Shown here: positions 44,301 through 62,300 of the stretch, piece after piece
How positions within the stretch are numbered: the first letter of the stretch is position 1
Layout: each line of letters starts with the position of its first letter
Assembly (NCBI GenBank): GCA_964016885.1
Contig: OZ024747.1
Coordinates: 61,070,001 to 61,134,000 of the forward strand
Length of the DNA: 64,000 nucleotides
From: Eledone cirrhosa
Lineage: Eukaryota
Direction: 5' to 3'
Notes under the pieces: model-generated
What the model saw: only the letters and a program-made list of their open reading frames with translations
Database searches by the model: none
Told to the model about the DNA's origin: nothing
Program-made: the position numbers and the translations under genes

Positions 44301-47300
44301 TCATTGATATGAACATAGACACATATACAGAGACACTTATATGAACATATACACATATATATAGACATTGATATGGACATATACACCCATGCATGCGTGG
44401 AACAGGGACGTTAAACGATGATGATGATGATAATGATGACACATATATAGAGACATTAATATGAACATATATACATATATAGAGACATTGATATGAACAT
44501 GTACACATACATAGAAACACTGATATGAACATATACACATATATAGAGACACTGATTTGGACATATACACATATATAGAGACACTAATATGAACATATAC
44601 ACATATATAGAGACATTGATATGGACATATACACATATATAGAGACATTGATATGAACATATACACATATATAGAGACATTGATGTGGACATATACACAT
44701 ATATAGAGACACTGATATGGACATATACACCCATGCAAGCGTGGAACAGGGACGTTAAACGATGATGATGATGATGATGACACATATATAGAGACATTAA
44801 TATGAACATATATACATATATAGAGACATTGATATGAACATATACACATACATAGAAACACTGATATGACATATACACATATATAGAGACACTGATATGG
44901 ACATATACATATATATAGAGACAATAATATGAACATATACACATATATAGAGACACTAATATGAACATATACACATATATAGAGACATTGATATGGACAT
45001 ATACACATATATAGAGACATTGATATGAACATATACACATATACAGAGACACTGATATGAACATATACACATATATACAGACATTGATATGGACATATAC
45101 ACATATATACAGACATTGATATGAACATATACACATATATAGAGACACTATGGACATATACACATACATAGAGACACTGATATGGACATATACACATATA
45201 TAGAGACATTAATATGAACATATACACATATACAGAGACACTAATATGAACATATACACATATATACAGACATTGATATGGACATATACACATACATAGA
45301 AACACTGATATGACATTTACACATATATAGAGACACTGATATGGACATATACACCCATGCAAGCGTGGAACAGGGACGTTAAACGATGATGATGATGATG
45401 ATGACGATGACACATATATAGAGACATTGATATGAACATATACACATACATAGAAACACTGATATGACAAATACACATATATAGAGACACTGATATGAAC
45501 ATATACACATATATAGAAACACTGATATGAACATATACACATATATAGAGACATTGTTATGAACATATACACATATATAGAGACACTGATATGGACATAT
45601 ACACATATATAGAGACATTGATATGAACATATACACATAAATACAGATATTGATATGGACATATACACATATATAGAGACACTGATATGGACATATACAC
45701 ATATATAGAGACATTGATATGAACATATACACATATACAGAGACACTGATATGAACATATACACATATATACAGACATTGATATGAACATATACACATTA
45801 TAGAGACACTATGGACATATACACATACATAGAGACACTGATATGGACATATACACATATATAGAGACATTAATATGAACATATACACATATATAGAGAC
45901 ATTGATATGGACATATACACATATATAGAGACACTGATATGGACATATACACATATATAGAGACACTGATATGGACATATACACATATATAGAGACACTA
46001 ATATGAACATATACACATATATAGAAACACTGATATGAACATATACACATATATAGAGACATTGATATGGACAGATACACATATATAGAGACATTGATAT
46101 GAACATATACACATATACAGAGACACTGATATGAACATATACACATATATACAGACATTGATATGGACATATACACATATATAGAGACACTGATATGGAC
46201 ATATACACCCATGCAAGCGTGGAACAGGGATGTTAAACGATGATGATGATGATGATGACACATATATAGAGACATTAATATGAACATATATACATATATA
46301 GAGACATTGATATGAACATATGCACATACATAGAAACACTGATATGATATATACACATATATAGAGACACTGATATGGACATATACGTATATATAGAGAC
46401 ACTAATATGAACATATACACATATATAGAAACACTGATATGAACATATATACATATATAGAGACATTGATATGAACATATACACATATATAGAGACATTG
46501 ATATGAACATATACACATATAGAGACATTGATATGGACATATACACATATATAGAGACACTAATATGAACATATACACATATATAGAGACACTAATATGA
46601 ACATATACACATATATAGAGACATTGATATGGACATATACACATATATATAGAGACATTGATATGAACATATACACATATATACAGACATTGATGTGGAC
46701 ATATACACATATATAGAGACACTGATATGGACATATACACCCATGCAAGCGTGGAACAGGGACGTTAAACGATGATGATGATGATGATGATGACACATAT
46801 ATAGAGACACTAATATAAACATATACACATATATAGAGACATTGATATGGACATATACACATATATAGAGACATTGATATGGACATAAACACATATATAG
46901 AGTCATTGATATGAACATAGACACATATACAGAGACACTTATATGAACATATACACATATATATAGACATTGATATGGACATATACACCCATGCATGCGT
47001 GGAACAGGGACGTTAAACGATGATGATGATGATAATGATGACACATATATAGAGACATTAATATGAACATATATACATATATAGAGACATTGATATGAAC
47101 ATGTACACATACATAGAAACACTGATATGAACATATACACATATATAGAGACACTGATTTGGACATATACACATATATAGAGACACTAATATGAACATAT
47201 ACACATATATAGAGACATTGATATGGACATATACACATATATAGAGACATTGATATGAACATATACACATATATAGAGACATTGATGTGGACATATACAC

Positions 47301-50300
47301 ATATATAGAGACACTGATATGGACATATACACCCATGCAAGCGTGGAACAGGGACGTTAAACGATGATGATGATGATGATGACACATATATAGAGACATT
47401 AATATGAACATATATACATATATAGAGACATTGATATGAACATATACACATACATAGAAACACTGATATGACATATACACATATATAGAGACACTGATAT
47501 GGACATATACATATATATAGAGACAATAATATGAACATATACACATATATAGAGACACTAATATGAACATATACACATATATAGAGACATTGATATGGAC
47601 ATATACACATATATAGAGACATTGATATGAACATATACACATATACAGAGACACTGATATGAACATATACACATATATACAGACATTGATATGGACATAT
47701 ACACATATATACAGACATTGATATGAACATATACACATATATAGAGACACTATGGACATATACACATACATAGAGACACTGATATGGACATATACACATA
47801 TATAGAGACATTAATATGAACATATACACATATACAGAGACACTAATATGAACATATACACATATATACAGACATTGATATGGACATATACACATACATA
47901 GAAACACTGATATGACATTTACACATATATAGAGACACTGATATGGACATATACACCCATGCAAGCGTGGAACAGGGACGTTAAACGATGATGATGATGA
48001 TGATGACGATGACACATATATAGAGACATTGATATGAACATATACACATACATAGAAACACTGATATGACAAATACACATATATAGAGACACTGATATGA
48101 ACATATACACATATATAGAAACACTGATATGAACATATACACATATATAGAGACATTGTTATGAACATATACACATATATAGAGACACTGATATGGACAT
48201 ATACACATATATAGAGACATTGATATGAACATATACACATAAATACAGATATTGATATGGACATATACACATATATAGAGACACTGATATGGACATATAC
48301 ACATATATAGAGACATTGATATGAACATATACACATATACAGAGACACTGATATGAACATATACACATATATACAGACATTGATATGAACATATACACAT
48401 TATAGAGACACTATGGACATATACACATACATAGAGACACTGATATGGACATATACACATATATAGAGACATTAATATGAACATATACACATATATAGAG
48501 ACATTGATATGGACATATACACATATATAGAGACACTGATATGGACATATACACATATATAGAGACACTGATATGGACATATACACATATATAGAGACAC
48601 TAATATGAACATATACACATATATAGAAACACTGATATGAACATATACACATATATAGAGACATTGATATGGACAGATACACATATATAGAGACATTGAT
48701 ATGAACATATACACATATACAGAGACACTGATATGAACATATACACATATATACAGACATTGATATGGACATATACACATATATAGAGACACTGATATGG
48801 ACATATACACCCATGCAAGCGTGGAACAGGGATGTTAAACGATGATGATGATGATGATGACACATATATAGAGACATTAATATGAACATATATACATATA
48901 TAGAGACATTGATATGAACATATGCACATACATAGAAACACTGATATGATATATACACATATATAGAGACACTGATATGGACATATACGTATATATAGAG
49001 ACACTAATATGAACATATACACATATATAGAAACACTGATATGAACATATATACATATATAGAGACATTGATATGAACATATACACATATATAGAGACAT
49101 TGATATCAACATATACACATATAGAGACATTGATATGGACATATACACATATATAGAGACACTAATATGAACATATACACATATATAGAGACACTAATAT
49201 GAACATATACACATATATAGAGACATTGATATGGACATATACACATATATATAGAGACATTGATATGAACATATACACATATATACAGACATTGATGTGG
49301 ACATATACACATATATAGAGACACTGATATGGACATATACACCCATGCAAGCGTGGAACAGGGACGTTAAACGATGATGATGATGATGATGATGACACAT
49401 ATATAGAGACACTAATATAAACATATACACATATATAGAGACATTGATATGAACATATACACATATACAGAGACACTGATATGAACATATATACAGACAT
49501 TGATATGGACATATACACATATATAGAGACACTGATATGGACATATAGACCCATGCAAGCGTGGAACAGGGACGTTAAACGATGATGATGATGATGATGA
49601 CACATATATAGACATTAATATGAACATATATACATATATAGAGACATTGATATGAACATATACACATACATAGAAACACTGATATGACATATACACATAT
49701 ATAGAGACACTGATATGGACATATACATATATATAGAGACACTAATATGAACATATACACATATATAGAAACACTGATATGAACATATACACATATATAG
49801 AGACATTGATATGAACATATACACATATACAGAGACACTGATATGAACATATACACATATATACAGACATTGATATGGACATATACACATATATAGAGAC
49901 ACTGATATGGACATATACACCCATGCAAGCGTGGAACAGGGACGTTAAACGATGATGATGATGATGATGATGACGATGACACATATATAGAGACACTAAT
50001 ATGAACATATACACATATTTAGAGACACTATGGACATATACACATACATAGAGACACTGATATGGACATATACACATATATACAGACATTAATATGAATA
50101 TATACACATATATAGAGACATTGATATGAACATATACACATATACAGAGACACTGATATGAACATATACACAGATATACAGACATTGATATGGACATATA
50201 CACATATATAGAGACATTGATATGAACATATACACATATTTAGAGACACTATGGACATATACACATACATAGAGACACTGATATGGACATATACACATAT

Positions 50301-53300
50301 ATACAGACATTAATATGAATATATACACATATATAGAGACATTGATATGAACATATACACATATACAGAGACACTGATATGAACATATACACATATATAC
50401 AGACATTGATATGGACATATACACATATATAGAGACATTGATATGAACATATACACATATATAGAGACACTATGGACATATACACATACATAGAGACACT
50501 GATATGGACATATACACATATATAGAGACATTAATATGAATATATACATATATACAGAGACACTGATATGAACATATACACATATATACAGACATTGATA
50601 TGGACATATACACATATATAGAGACACTGATATGGACATATACACCCATGCAAGCGTGGAACAGGGACGTTGAACGATGATGATGATGATGATGACACAT
50701 ATATAGACATTAATATGAACATATATACATATATAGAGACATTGATATGAACATATACACATACATAGATACACATATATAGAGACACTGATATGGACAT
50801 ATACATATATATAGACAGTAATATGAACATATACACATATATAGAGACATTGATATGAACATATACACATATATAGAGACACTAATATGAACATATACAC
50901 ATATATAGAGAGATTGATTGGGACATATACACATATATAGAGACACTGATATGGACATATACACATATATAGAGACATTGATATGAACATATACACATAT
51001 ACAGAGACACTGATATGAACATATACACATATATACAGACATTGATATGAACATATACACATTATAGAGACACTATGGACATATACACATACATAGAGAC
51101 ACTGATATGGACATATACACATATATAGAGACATTAATATGAACATATACACATATATAGAGACATTGATATGGACATATACACATATATAGAGACACTG
51201 ATATGGACATATACACATATATAGAGACACTGATATGGACATATACACATATATAGAGACACTAATATGAACATATACACATATATAGAAACACTGATAT
51301 GAACATATACACATATATAGAGACATTGATATGGACATATACACATATATAGAGACATTGATATGAACATATACACATATACAGAGACACTGATATGAAC
51401 ATATACACATATTTAGAGACACTATGGACATATACACATACATAGAGACACTGATATGGTCATATACACATATATAGAGACATTGATATGAACATATACA
51501 CATATATAGAGACACTGATATGGACATATACACATATATAGAGACACTGATATTAACATATACACATATATAGAGACATTGATATGGACATATACACATA
51601 TATAGAGACATGGATATGGACTTATACACATATATAGAGACATTGATATGGACATATACACATATATAGAGACATTGATATGGACATATACACATATATA
51701 GAGACATTGATATGGACATAAACACATATATAGAGTCATTGATATGAACATAGACACATATACAGAGACACTTATATGAACATATACACATATATATAGA
51801 CATTGATATGGACATATACACCCATGCATGCGTGGAACAGGGACGTTAAACGATGATGATGATGATAATGATGACACATATATAGAGACATTAATATGAA
51901 CATATATACATATATAGAGACATTGATATGAACATGTACACATACATAGAAACACTGATATGAACATATACACATATATAGAGACACTGATTTGGACATA
52001 TACACATATATAGAGACACTAATATGAACATATACACATATATAGAGACATTGATATGGACATATACACATATATAGAGACATTGATATGAACATATACA
52101 CATATATAGAGACATTGATGTGGACATATACACATATATAGAGACACTGATATGGACATATACACCCATGCAAGCGTGGAACAGGGACGTTAAACGATGA
52201 TGATGATGATGATGACACATATATAGAGACATTAATATGAACATATATACATATATAGAGACATTGATATGAACATATACACATACATAGAAACACTGAT
52301 ATGACATATACACATATATAGAGACACTGATATGGACATATACATATATATAGAGACAATAATATGAACATATACACATATATAGAGACACTAATATGAA
52401 CATATACACATATATAGAGACATTGATATGGACATATACACATATATAGAGACATTGATATGAACATATACACATATACAGAGACACTGATATGAACATA
52501 TACACATATATACAGACATTGATATGGACATATACACATATATACAGACATTGATATGAACATATACACATATATAGAGACACTATGGACATATACACAT
52601 ACATAGAGACACTGATATGGACATATACACATATATAGAGACATTAATATGAACATATACACATATACAGAGACACTAATATGAACATATACACATATAT
52701 ACAGACATTGATATGGACATATACACATACATAGAAACACTGATATGACATATACACATATATAGAGACACTGATATGGACATATACACCCATGCAAGCG
52801 TGGAACAGGGACGTTAAACGATGATGATGATGATGATGACGATGACACATATATAGAGACATTGATATGAACATATACACATACATAGAAACACTGATAT
52901 GACAAATACACATATATAGAGACACTGATATGAACATATACACATATATAGAAACACTGATATGAACATATACACATATATAGAGACATTGTTATGAACA
53001 TATACACATATATAGAGACACTGATATGGACATATACACATATATAGAGACATTGATATGAACATATACACATAAATACAGATATTGATATGGACATATA
53101 CACATATATAGAGACACTGATATGGACATATACACATATATAGAGACATTGATATGAACATATACACATATACAGAGACACTGATATGAACATATACACA
53201 TATATACAGACATTGATATGAACATATACACATTATAGAGACACTATGGACATATACACATACATAGAGACACTGATATGGACATATACACATATATAGA

Positions 53301-56300
53301 GACATTAATATGAACATATACACATATATAGAGACATTGATATGGACATATACACATATATAGAGACACTGATATGGACATATACACATATATAGAGACA
53401 CTGATATGGACATATACACATATATAGAGACACTAATATGAACATATACACATATATAGAAACACTGATATGAACATATACACATATATAGAGACATTGA
53501 TATGGACATATACACATATATAGAGACATTGATATGAACATATACACATATACAGAGACACTGATATGAACATATACACATATATACAGACATTGATATG
53601 GACATATACACATATATAGAGACACTGATATGGACATATACACCCATGCAAGCGTGGAACAGGGATGTTAAACGATGAGGATGATGATGATGACACATAT
53701 ATAGAGACATTAATATGAACATATATACATATATAGAGACATTGATATGAACATATGCACATACATAGAAACACTGATATGATATATACACATATATAGA
53801 GACACTGATATGGACATATACGTATATATAGAGACACTAATATGAACATATACACATATATAGAAACACTGATATGAACATATATACATATATAGAGACA
53901 TTGATATGAACATATACACATATATAGAGACATTGATATGAACATATACACATATAGAGACATTGATATGGACATATACACATATATAGAGACACTAATA
54001 TGAACATATACACATATATAGAGACACTAATATGAACATATACACATATATAGAGACATTGATATGGACATATACACATATATATAGAGACATTGATATG
54101 AACATATACACATATATACAGACATTGATGTGGACATATACACATATATAGAGACACTGATATGGACATATACACCCATGCAAGCGTGGAACAGGGACGT
54201 TAAACGATGATGATGATGATGATGACACATATATAGACATTAATATGAACATATATACATATATAGAGACATTGATATGAACATATACACATACATAGAA
54301 ACACTGATATGACATATACACATATATAGAGACACTGATATGGACATATACATATATATAGAGACACTAATATGAACATATACACATATATAGAAACACT
54401 GATATGAACATATACACATATATAGAGACATTGATATGAACATATACACATATACAGAGACACTGATATGAACATATACACATATATACAGACATTGATA
54501 TGGACATATACACATATATAGAGACACTGATATGGACATATACACCCATGCAAGCGTGGAACAGGGACGTTAAACGATGATGATGATGATGATGATGACG
54601 ATGACACATATATAGAGACACTAATATGAACATATACACATATTTAGAGACACTATGGACATATACACATACATAGAGACACTGATATGGACATATACAC
54701 ATATATACAGACATTAATATGAATATATACACATATATAGAGACATTGATATGAACATATACACATATACAGAGACACTGATATGAACATATACACAGAT
54801 ATACAGACATTGATATGGACATATACACATATATAGAGACATTGATATGAACATATACACATATTTAGAGACACTATGGACATATACACATACATAGAGA
54901 CACTGATATGGACATATACACATATATACAGACATTAATATGAATATATACACATATATAGAGACATTGATATGAACATATACACATATACAGAGACACT
55001 GATATGAACATATACACATATATACAGACATTGATATGGACATATACACATATATAGAGACATTGATATGAACATATACACATATATAGAGACACTATGG
55101 ACATATACACATACATAGAGACACTGATATGGACATATACACATATATAGAGACATTAATATGAATATATACATATATACAGAGACACTGATATGAACAT
55201 ATACACATATATACAGACATTGATATGGACATATACACATATATAGAGACACTGATATGGACATATACACCCATGCAAGCGTGGAACAGGGACGTTGAAC
55301 GTTGATGATGATGATGATGACACATATATAGACATTAATATGAACATATATACATATATAGAGACATTGATATGAACATATACACATACATAGATACACA
55401 TATATAGAGACACTGATATGGACATATACATATATATAGACAGTAATATGAACATATACACATATATAGAGACATTGATATGAACATATACACATATATA
55501 GCGACACTAATATGAACATATACACATATATAGAGAGATTGATTGGGACATATACACATATATAGAGACATTGATATGAACATATTCACATATACAGAGA
55601 CACTGATATGAACATATACACATATATACAGACATTGATATGGACATATACACATATATAGAGACATTGATATGAACATATACACATATATAGAGACACT
55701 ATGGACATATACACATACATAGAGACACTTATATGGACATATACACATATATAGAGACATTAATATGAACATATACACATATATAGAGACACTGATATGA
55801 ACATATACACATATATACAGACATTGATATGGACATATACACATATATAGAGACATTGATATGAACATATACACATATATAGAGACACTGATATGGACAT
55901 ATACACATAAATAGAGACACTGATATGGACATATACATATATATAGAGACACTAATATGAACATATACACATATATAGAGACACTGATATGAACATATAC
56001 ACATATATACAGACATTGATATGGACATATACACATATATAGAGACATTGATATGAACATATACACATATATAGAGACACTGATATGGACATATACACAT
56101 ATATAGAGACACTGATATGGACATATACATATATATAGAGACACTAATATGAACATATACACATATATAGAGACACTGATATATACATATACACATATAT
56201 ACAGACATTGATATGGACATATACACATATATAGAGACATTGATATGAACATATACACATATATAGAGACACTGATATGGACATATACACATATATAGAG

Positions 56301-59300
56301 ACACTGATATTAACATATACACATATATAGAGACATTGATATGGACATATACACATATATAGAGACATGGATATGGACTTATACACATATATAGAGACAT
56401 TGATATGGACATATACACATATATAGAGACATTGATATGGACATATACACATATATAGAGACATTGATATGGACATAAACACATATATAGAGTCATTGAT
56501 ATGAACATAGACACATATACAGAGACACTTATATGAACATATACACATATATATAGACATTGATATGGACATATACACCCATGCATGCGTGGAACAGGGA
56601 CGTTAAACGATGATGATGATGATAATGATGACACATATATAGAGACATTAATATGAACATATATACATATATAGAGACATTGATATGAACATGTACACAT
56701 ACATAGAAACACTGATATGAACATATACACATATATAGAGACACTGATTTGGACATATACACATATATAGAGACACTAATATGAACATATACACATATAT
56801 AGAGACATTGATATGGACATATACACATATATAGAGACATTGATATGAACATATACACATATATAGAGACATTGATGTGGACATATACACATATATAGAG
56901 ACACTGATATGGACATATACACCCATGCAAGCGTGGAACAGGGACGTTAAACGATGATGATGATGATGATGACACATATATAGAGACATTAATATGAACA
57001 TATATACATATATAGAGACATTGATATGAACATATACACATACATAGAAACACTGATATGACATATACACATATATAGAGACACTGATATGGACATATAC
57101 ATATATATAGAGACAATAATATGAACATATACACATATATAGAGACACTAATATGAACATATACACATATATAGAGACATTGATATGGACATATACACAT
57201 ATATAGAGACATTGATATGAACATATACACATATACAGAGACACTGATATGAACATATACACATATATACAGACATTGATATGGACATATACACATATAT
57301 ACAGACATTGATATGAACATATACACATATATAGAGACACTATGGACATATACACATACATAGAGACACTGATATGGACATATACACATATATAGAGACA
57401 TTAATATGAACATATACACATATACAGAGACACTAATATGAACATATACACATATACAGAGACACTAATATGAACATATACACATATATACAGACATTGA
57501 TATGGACATATACACATACATAGAAACACTGATATGACATATACACATATATAGAGACACTGATATGGACATATACATAAATATAGAGACACTAATATGA
57601 ACATATACACATATATAGAAACACTGATATGAACATATACACATATATAGAGACATTGATATGAACATATACACATATATAGAGACACTAATATGAACAT
57701 ATACACATATATAGAGACATTGATATGAACATATACACATATACAGAGACACTGATATGAACATATACACATATATAGAGACACTGATATGGACATATAC
57801 ACCCATGCAAGCGTGGAACAGGGACGTTAAACGATGATGATGATGATGACACATATATAGAGACATTAATATGAACATATACACATATACAGAGACACTG
57901 ATATGAACATATACACATATATACAGACATTGATATGGACATATACACATATATAGAGACATTGATATGAACATATACACATATATAGAGACACTATGGA
58001 CATATACACATACATAGAGACACTGATATGGACATATACACATATATAGAGACATTAATATGAATATATACATATATACAGAGACACTGATATGAACATA
58101 TACACAGATATACAGACATTGATATGGACATATACACATATATATAGACATTGATATGGACATATACACCCACGCTAGCGTGGAACAGGGACGTTAAATG
58201 ATGATGATGATGACGATGACACATATATAGAGACACTAATATAAACATATACACATATATAGAGACACTGATATGGACATATACACATATATAGAGACAT
58301 TGATATGAACATATACACATATACAGAGACACTGATATGAACATATACACATATATACAGACATTGATATGGACATATACACATATATAAAGACACTGAT
58401 ATGGACATATACACCCATGCAAGCGTGGAACAGGTACGTTGAACGATGATGATGATGATGATGACACATATATAGACATTAATATGAACATATATACATA
58501 TATAGAGACATTGATATGAACATATACACATACATAGATACACATATATAGAGACACTGATATGGACATATACATATATATAGACAGTAATATGAACATA
58601 TACACATATATAGAGACATTGATATGAACATATACACATATATAGAGACACTAATATGAACATATACACATATATAGAGAGATTGATTGGGACATATACA
58701 CATATATAGAGACATTGATATGAACATATTCACATATACAGAGACACTGATATGAACATATACACATATATACAGACATTGATATGGACATATACACATA
58801 TATAGAGACATTGATATGAACATATACACATATATAGAGACACTATGGACATATACACATACATAGAGACACTTATATGGACATATACACATATATAGAG
58901 ACATTAATATGAACATATACACATATATAGAGACACTGATATGAACATATACACATATATACAGACATTGATATGGACATATACACATATATAGAGACAT
59001 TGATATGAACATATACACATATATAGAGACACTGATATGGACATATACACATAAATAGAGACACTGATATGGACATATACATATATATAGAGACACTAAT
59101 ATGAACATATACACATATATAGAGACACTGATATGAACATATACACATATATACAGACATTGATATGGACATATACACATATATAGAGACATTGATATGA
59201 ACATATACACATATATAGAGACACTGATATGGACATATACACATATATAGAGACACTGATATGGACATATACATATATATAGAGACACTAATATGAACAT

Positions 59301-62300
59301 ATACACATATATAGAGACACTGATATATACATATACACATATATACAGACATTGATATGGACATATACACATATATAGAGACATTGATATGAACATATAC
59401 ACATATATAGAGACACTGATATGGACATATACACATATATAGAGACACTGATATTAACATATACACATATATAGAGACATTGATATGGACATATACACAT
59501 ATATAGAGACATGGATATGGACTTATACACATATATAGAGACATTGATATGGACATATACACATATATAGAGACATTGATATGGACATATACACATATAT
59601 AGAGACATTGATATGGACATAAACACATATATAGAGTCATTGATATGAACATAGACACATATACAGAGACACTTATATGAACATATACACATATATATAG
59701 ACATTGATATGGACATATACACCCATGCATGCGTGGAACAGGGACGTTAAACGATGATGATGATGATAATGATGACACATATATAGAGACATTAATATGA
59801 ACATATATACATATATAGAGACATTGATATGAACATGTACACATACATAGAAACACTGATATGAACATATACACATATATAGAGACACTGATTTGGACAT
59901 ATACACATATATAGAGACACTAATATGAACATATACACATATATAGAGACATTGATATGGACATATACACATATATAGAGACATTGATATGAACATATAC
60001 ACATATATAGAGACATTGATGTGGACATATACACATATATAGAGACACTGATATGGACATATACACCCATGCAAGCGTGGAACAGGGACGTTAAACGATG
60101 ATGATGATGATGATGACACATATATAGAGACATTAATATGAACATATATACATATATAGAGACATTGATATGAACATATACACATACATAGAAACACTGA
60201 TATGACATATACACATATATAGAGACACTGATATGGACATATACATATATATAGAGACAATAATATGAACATATACACATATATAGAGACACTAATATGA
60301 ACATATACACATATATAGAGACATTGATATGGACATATACACATATATAGAGACATTGATATGAACATATACACATATACAGAGACACTGATATGAACAT
60401 ATACACATATATACAGACATTGATATGGACATATACACATATATACAGACATTGATATGAACATATACACATATATAGAGACACTATGGACATATACACA
60501 TACATAGAGACACTGATATGGACATATACACATATATAGAGACATTAATATGAACATATACACATATACAGAGACACTAATATGAACATATACACATATA
60601 CAGAGACACTAATATGAACATATACACATATATACAGACATTGATATGGACATATACACATACATAGAAACACTGATATGACATATACACATATATAGAG
60701 ACACTGATATGGACATATACATAAATATAGAGACACTAATATGAACATATACACATATATAGAAACACTGATATGAACATATACACATATATAGAGACAT
60801 TGATATGAACATATACACATATATAGAGACACTAATATGAACATATACACATATATAGAGACATTGATATGAACATATACACATATACAGAGACACTGAT
60901 ATGAACATATACACATATATAGAGACACTGATATGGACATATACACCCATGCAAGCGTGGAACAGGGACGTTAAACGATGATGATGATGATGACACATAT
61001 ATAGAGACATTAATATGAACATATACACATATACAGAGACACTGATATGAACATATACACATATATACAGACATTGATATGGACATATACACATATATAG
61101 AGACATTGATATGAACATATACACATATATAGAGACACTATGGACATATACACATACATAGAGACACTGATATGGACATATACACATATATAGAGACATT
61201 AATATGAATATATACATATATACAGAGACACTGATATGAACATATACACAGATATACAGACATTGATATGGACATATACACATATATATAGACATTGATA
61301 TGGACATATACACCCACGCTAGCGTGGAACAGGGACGTTAAATGATGATGATGATGACGATGACACATATATAGAGACACTAATATAAACATATACACAT
61401 ATATAGAGACACTGATATGGACATATACACATATATAGAGACATTGATATGAACATATACACATATACAGAGACACTGATATGAACATATACACATATAT
61501 ACAGACATTGATATGGACATATACACATATATAAAGACACTGATATGGACATATACACCCATGCAAGCGTGGAACAGGTACGTTGAACGATGATGATGAT
61601 GATGATGACACATATATAGACATTAATATGAACATATATACATATATAGAGACATTGATATGAACATATACACATACATAGATACACATATATAGAGACA
61701 CTGATATGGACATATACATATATATAGACAGTAATATGAACATATACACATATATAGAGACATTGATATGAACATATACACATATATAGAGAGATTGATT
61801 GGGACATATACACATATATAGAGACATTGATATGAACATATACACATATACAGAGACACTGATATGAACATATACACATATATACAGACATTGATATGGA
61901 CATATACACATATATAGAGACATTGATATGAACGTATACACATATATAGAGACACTATGGACATATACACATACATAGAGACACTGATATGGACATATAC
62001 ACATATATAGAGACATTAATATGAACATATACACATATATAGAGACACTGATATGAACATATACACATATATACAGACATTGATATGGACATATACACAT
62101 ATATAGAGACATTGATATGAACATATACACATATATAGAGACACTGATATGGACATATACACATATATAGAGACACTGATATGGACATATACATATATAT
62201 AGAGACACTAATATGAACATATACACATATATAGAGACACTGATATGAACATATACACATATATACAGACATTGATATGGACATATACACATATATAGAG

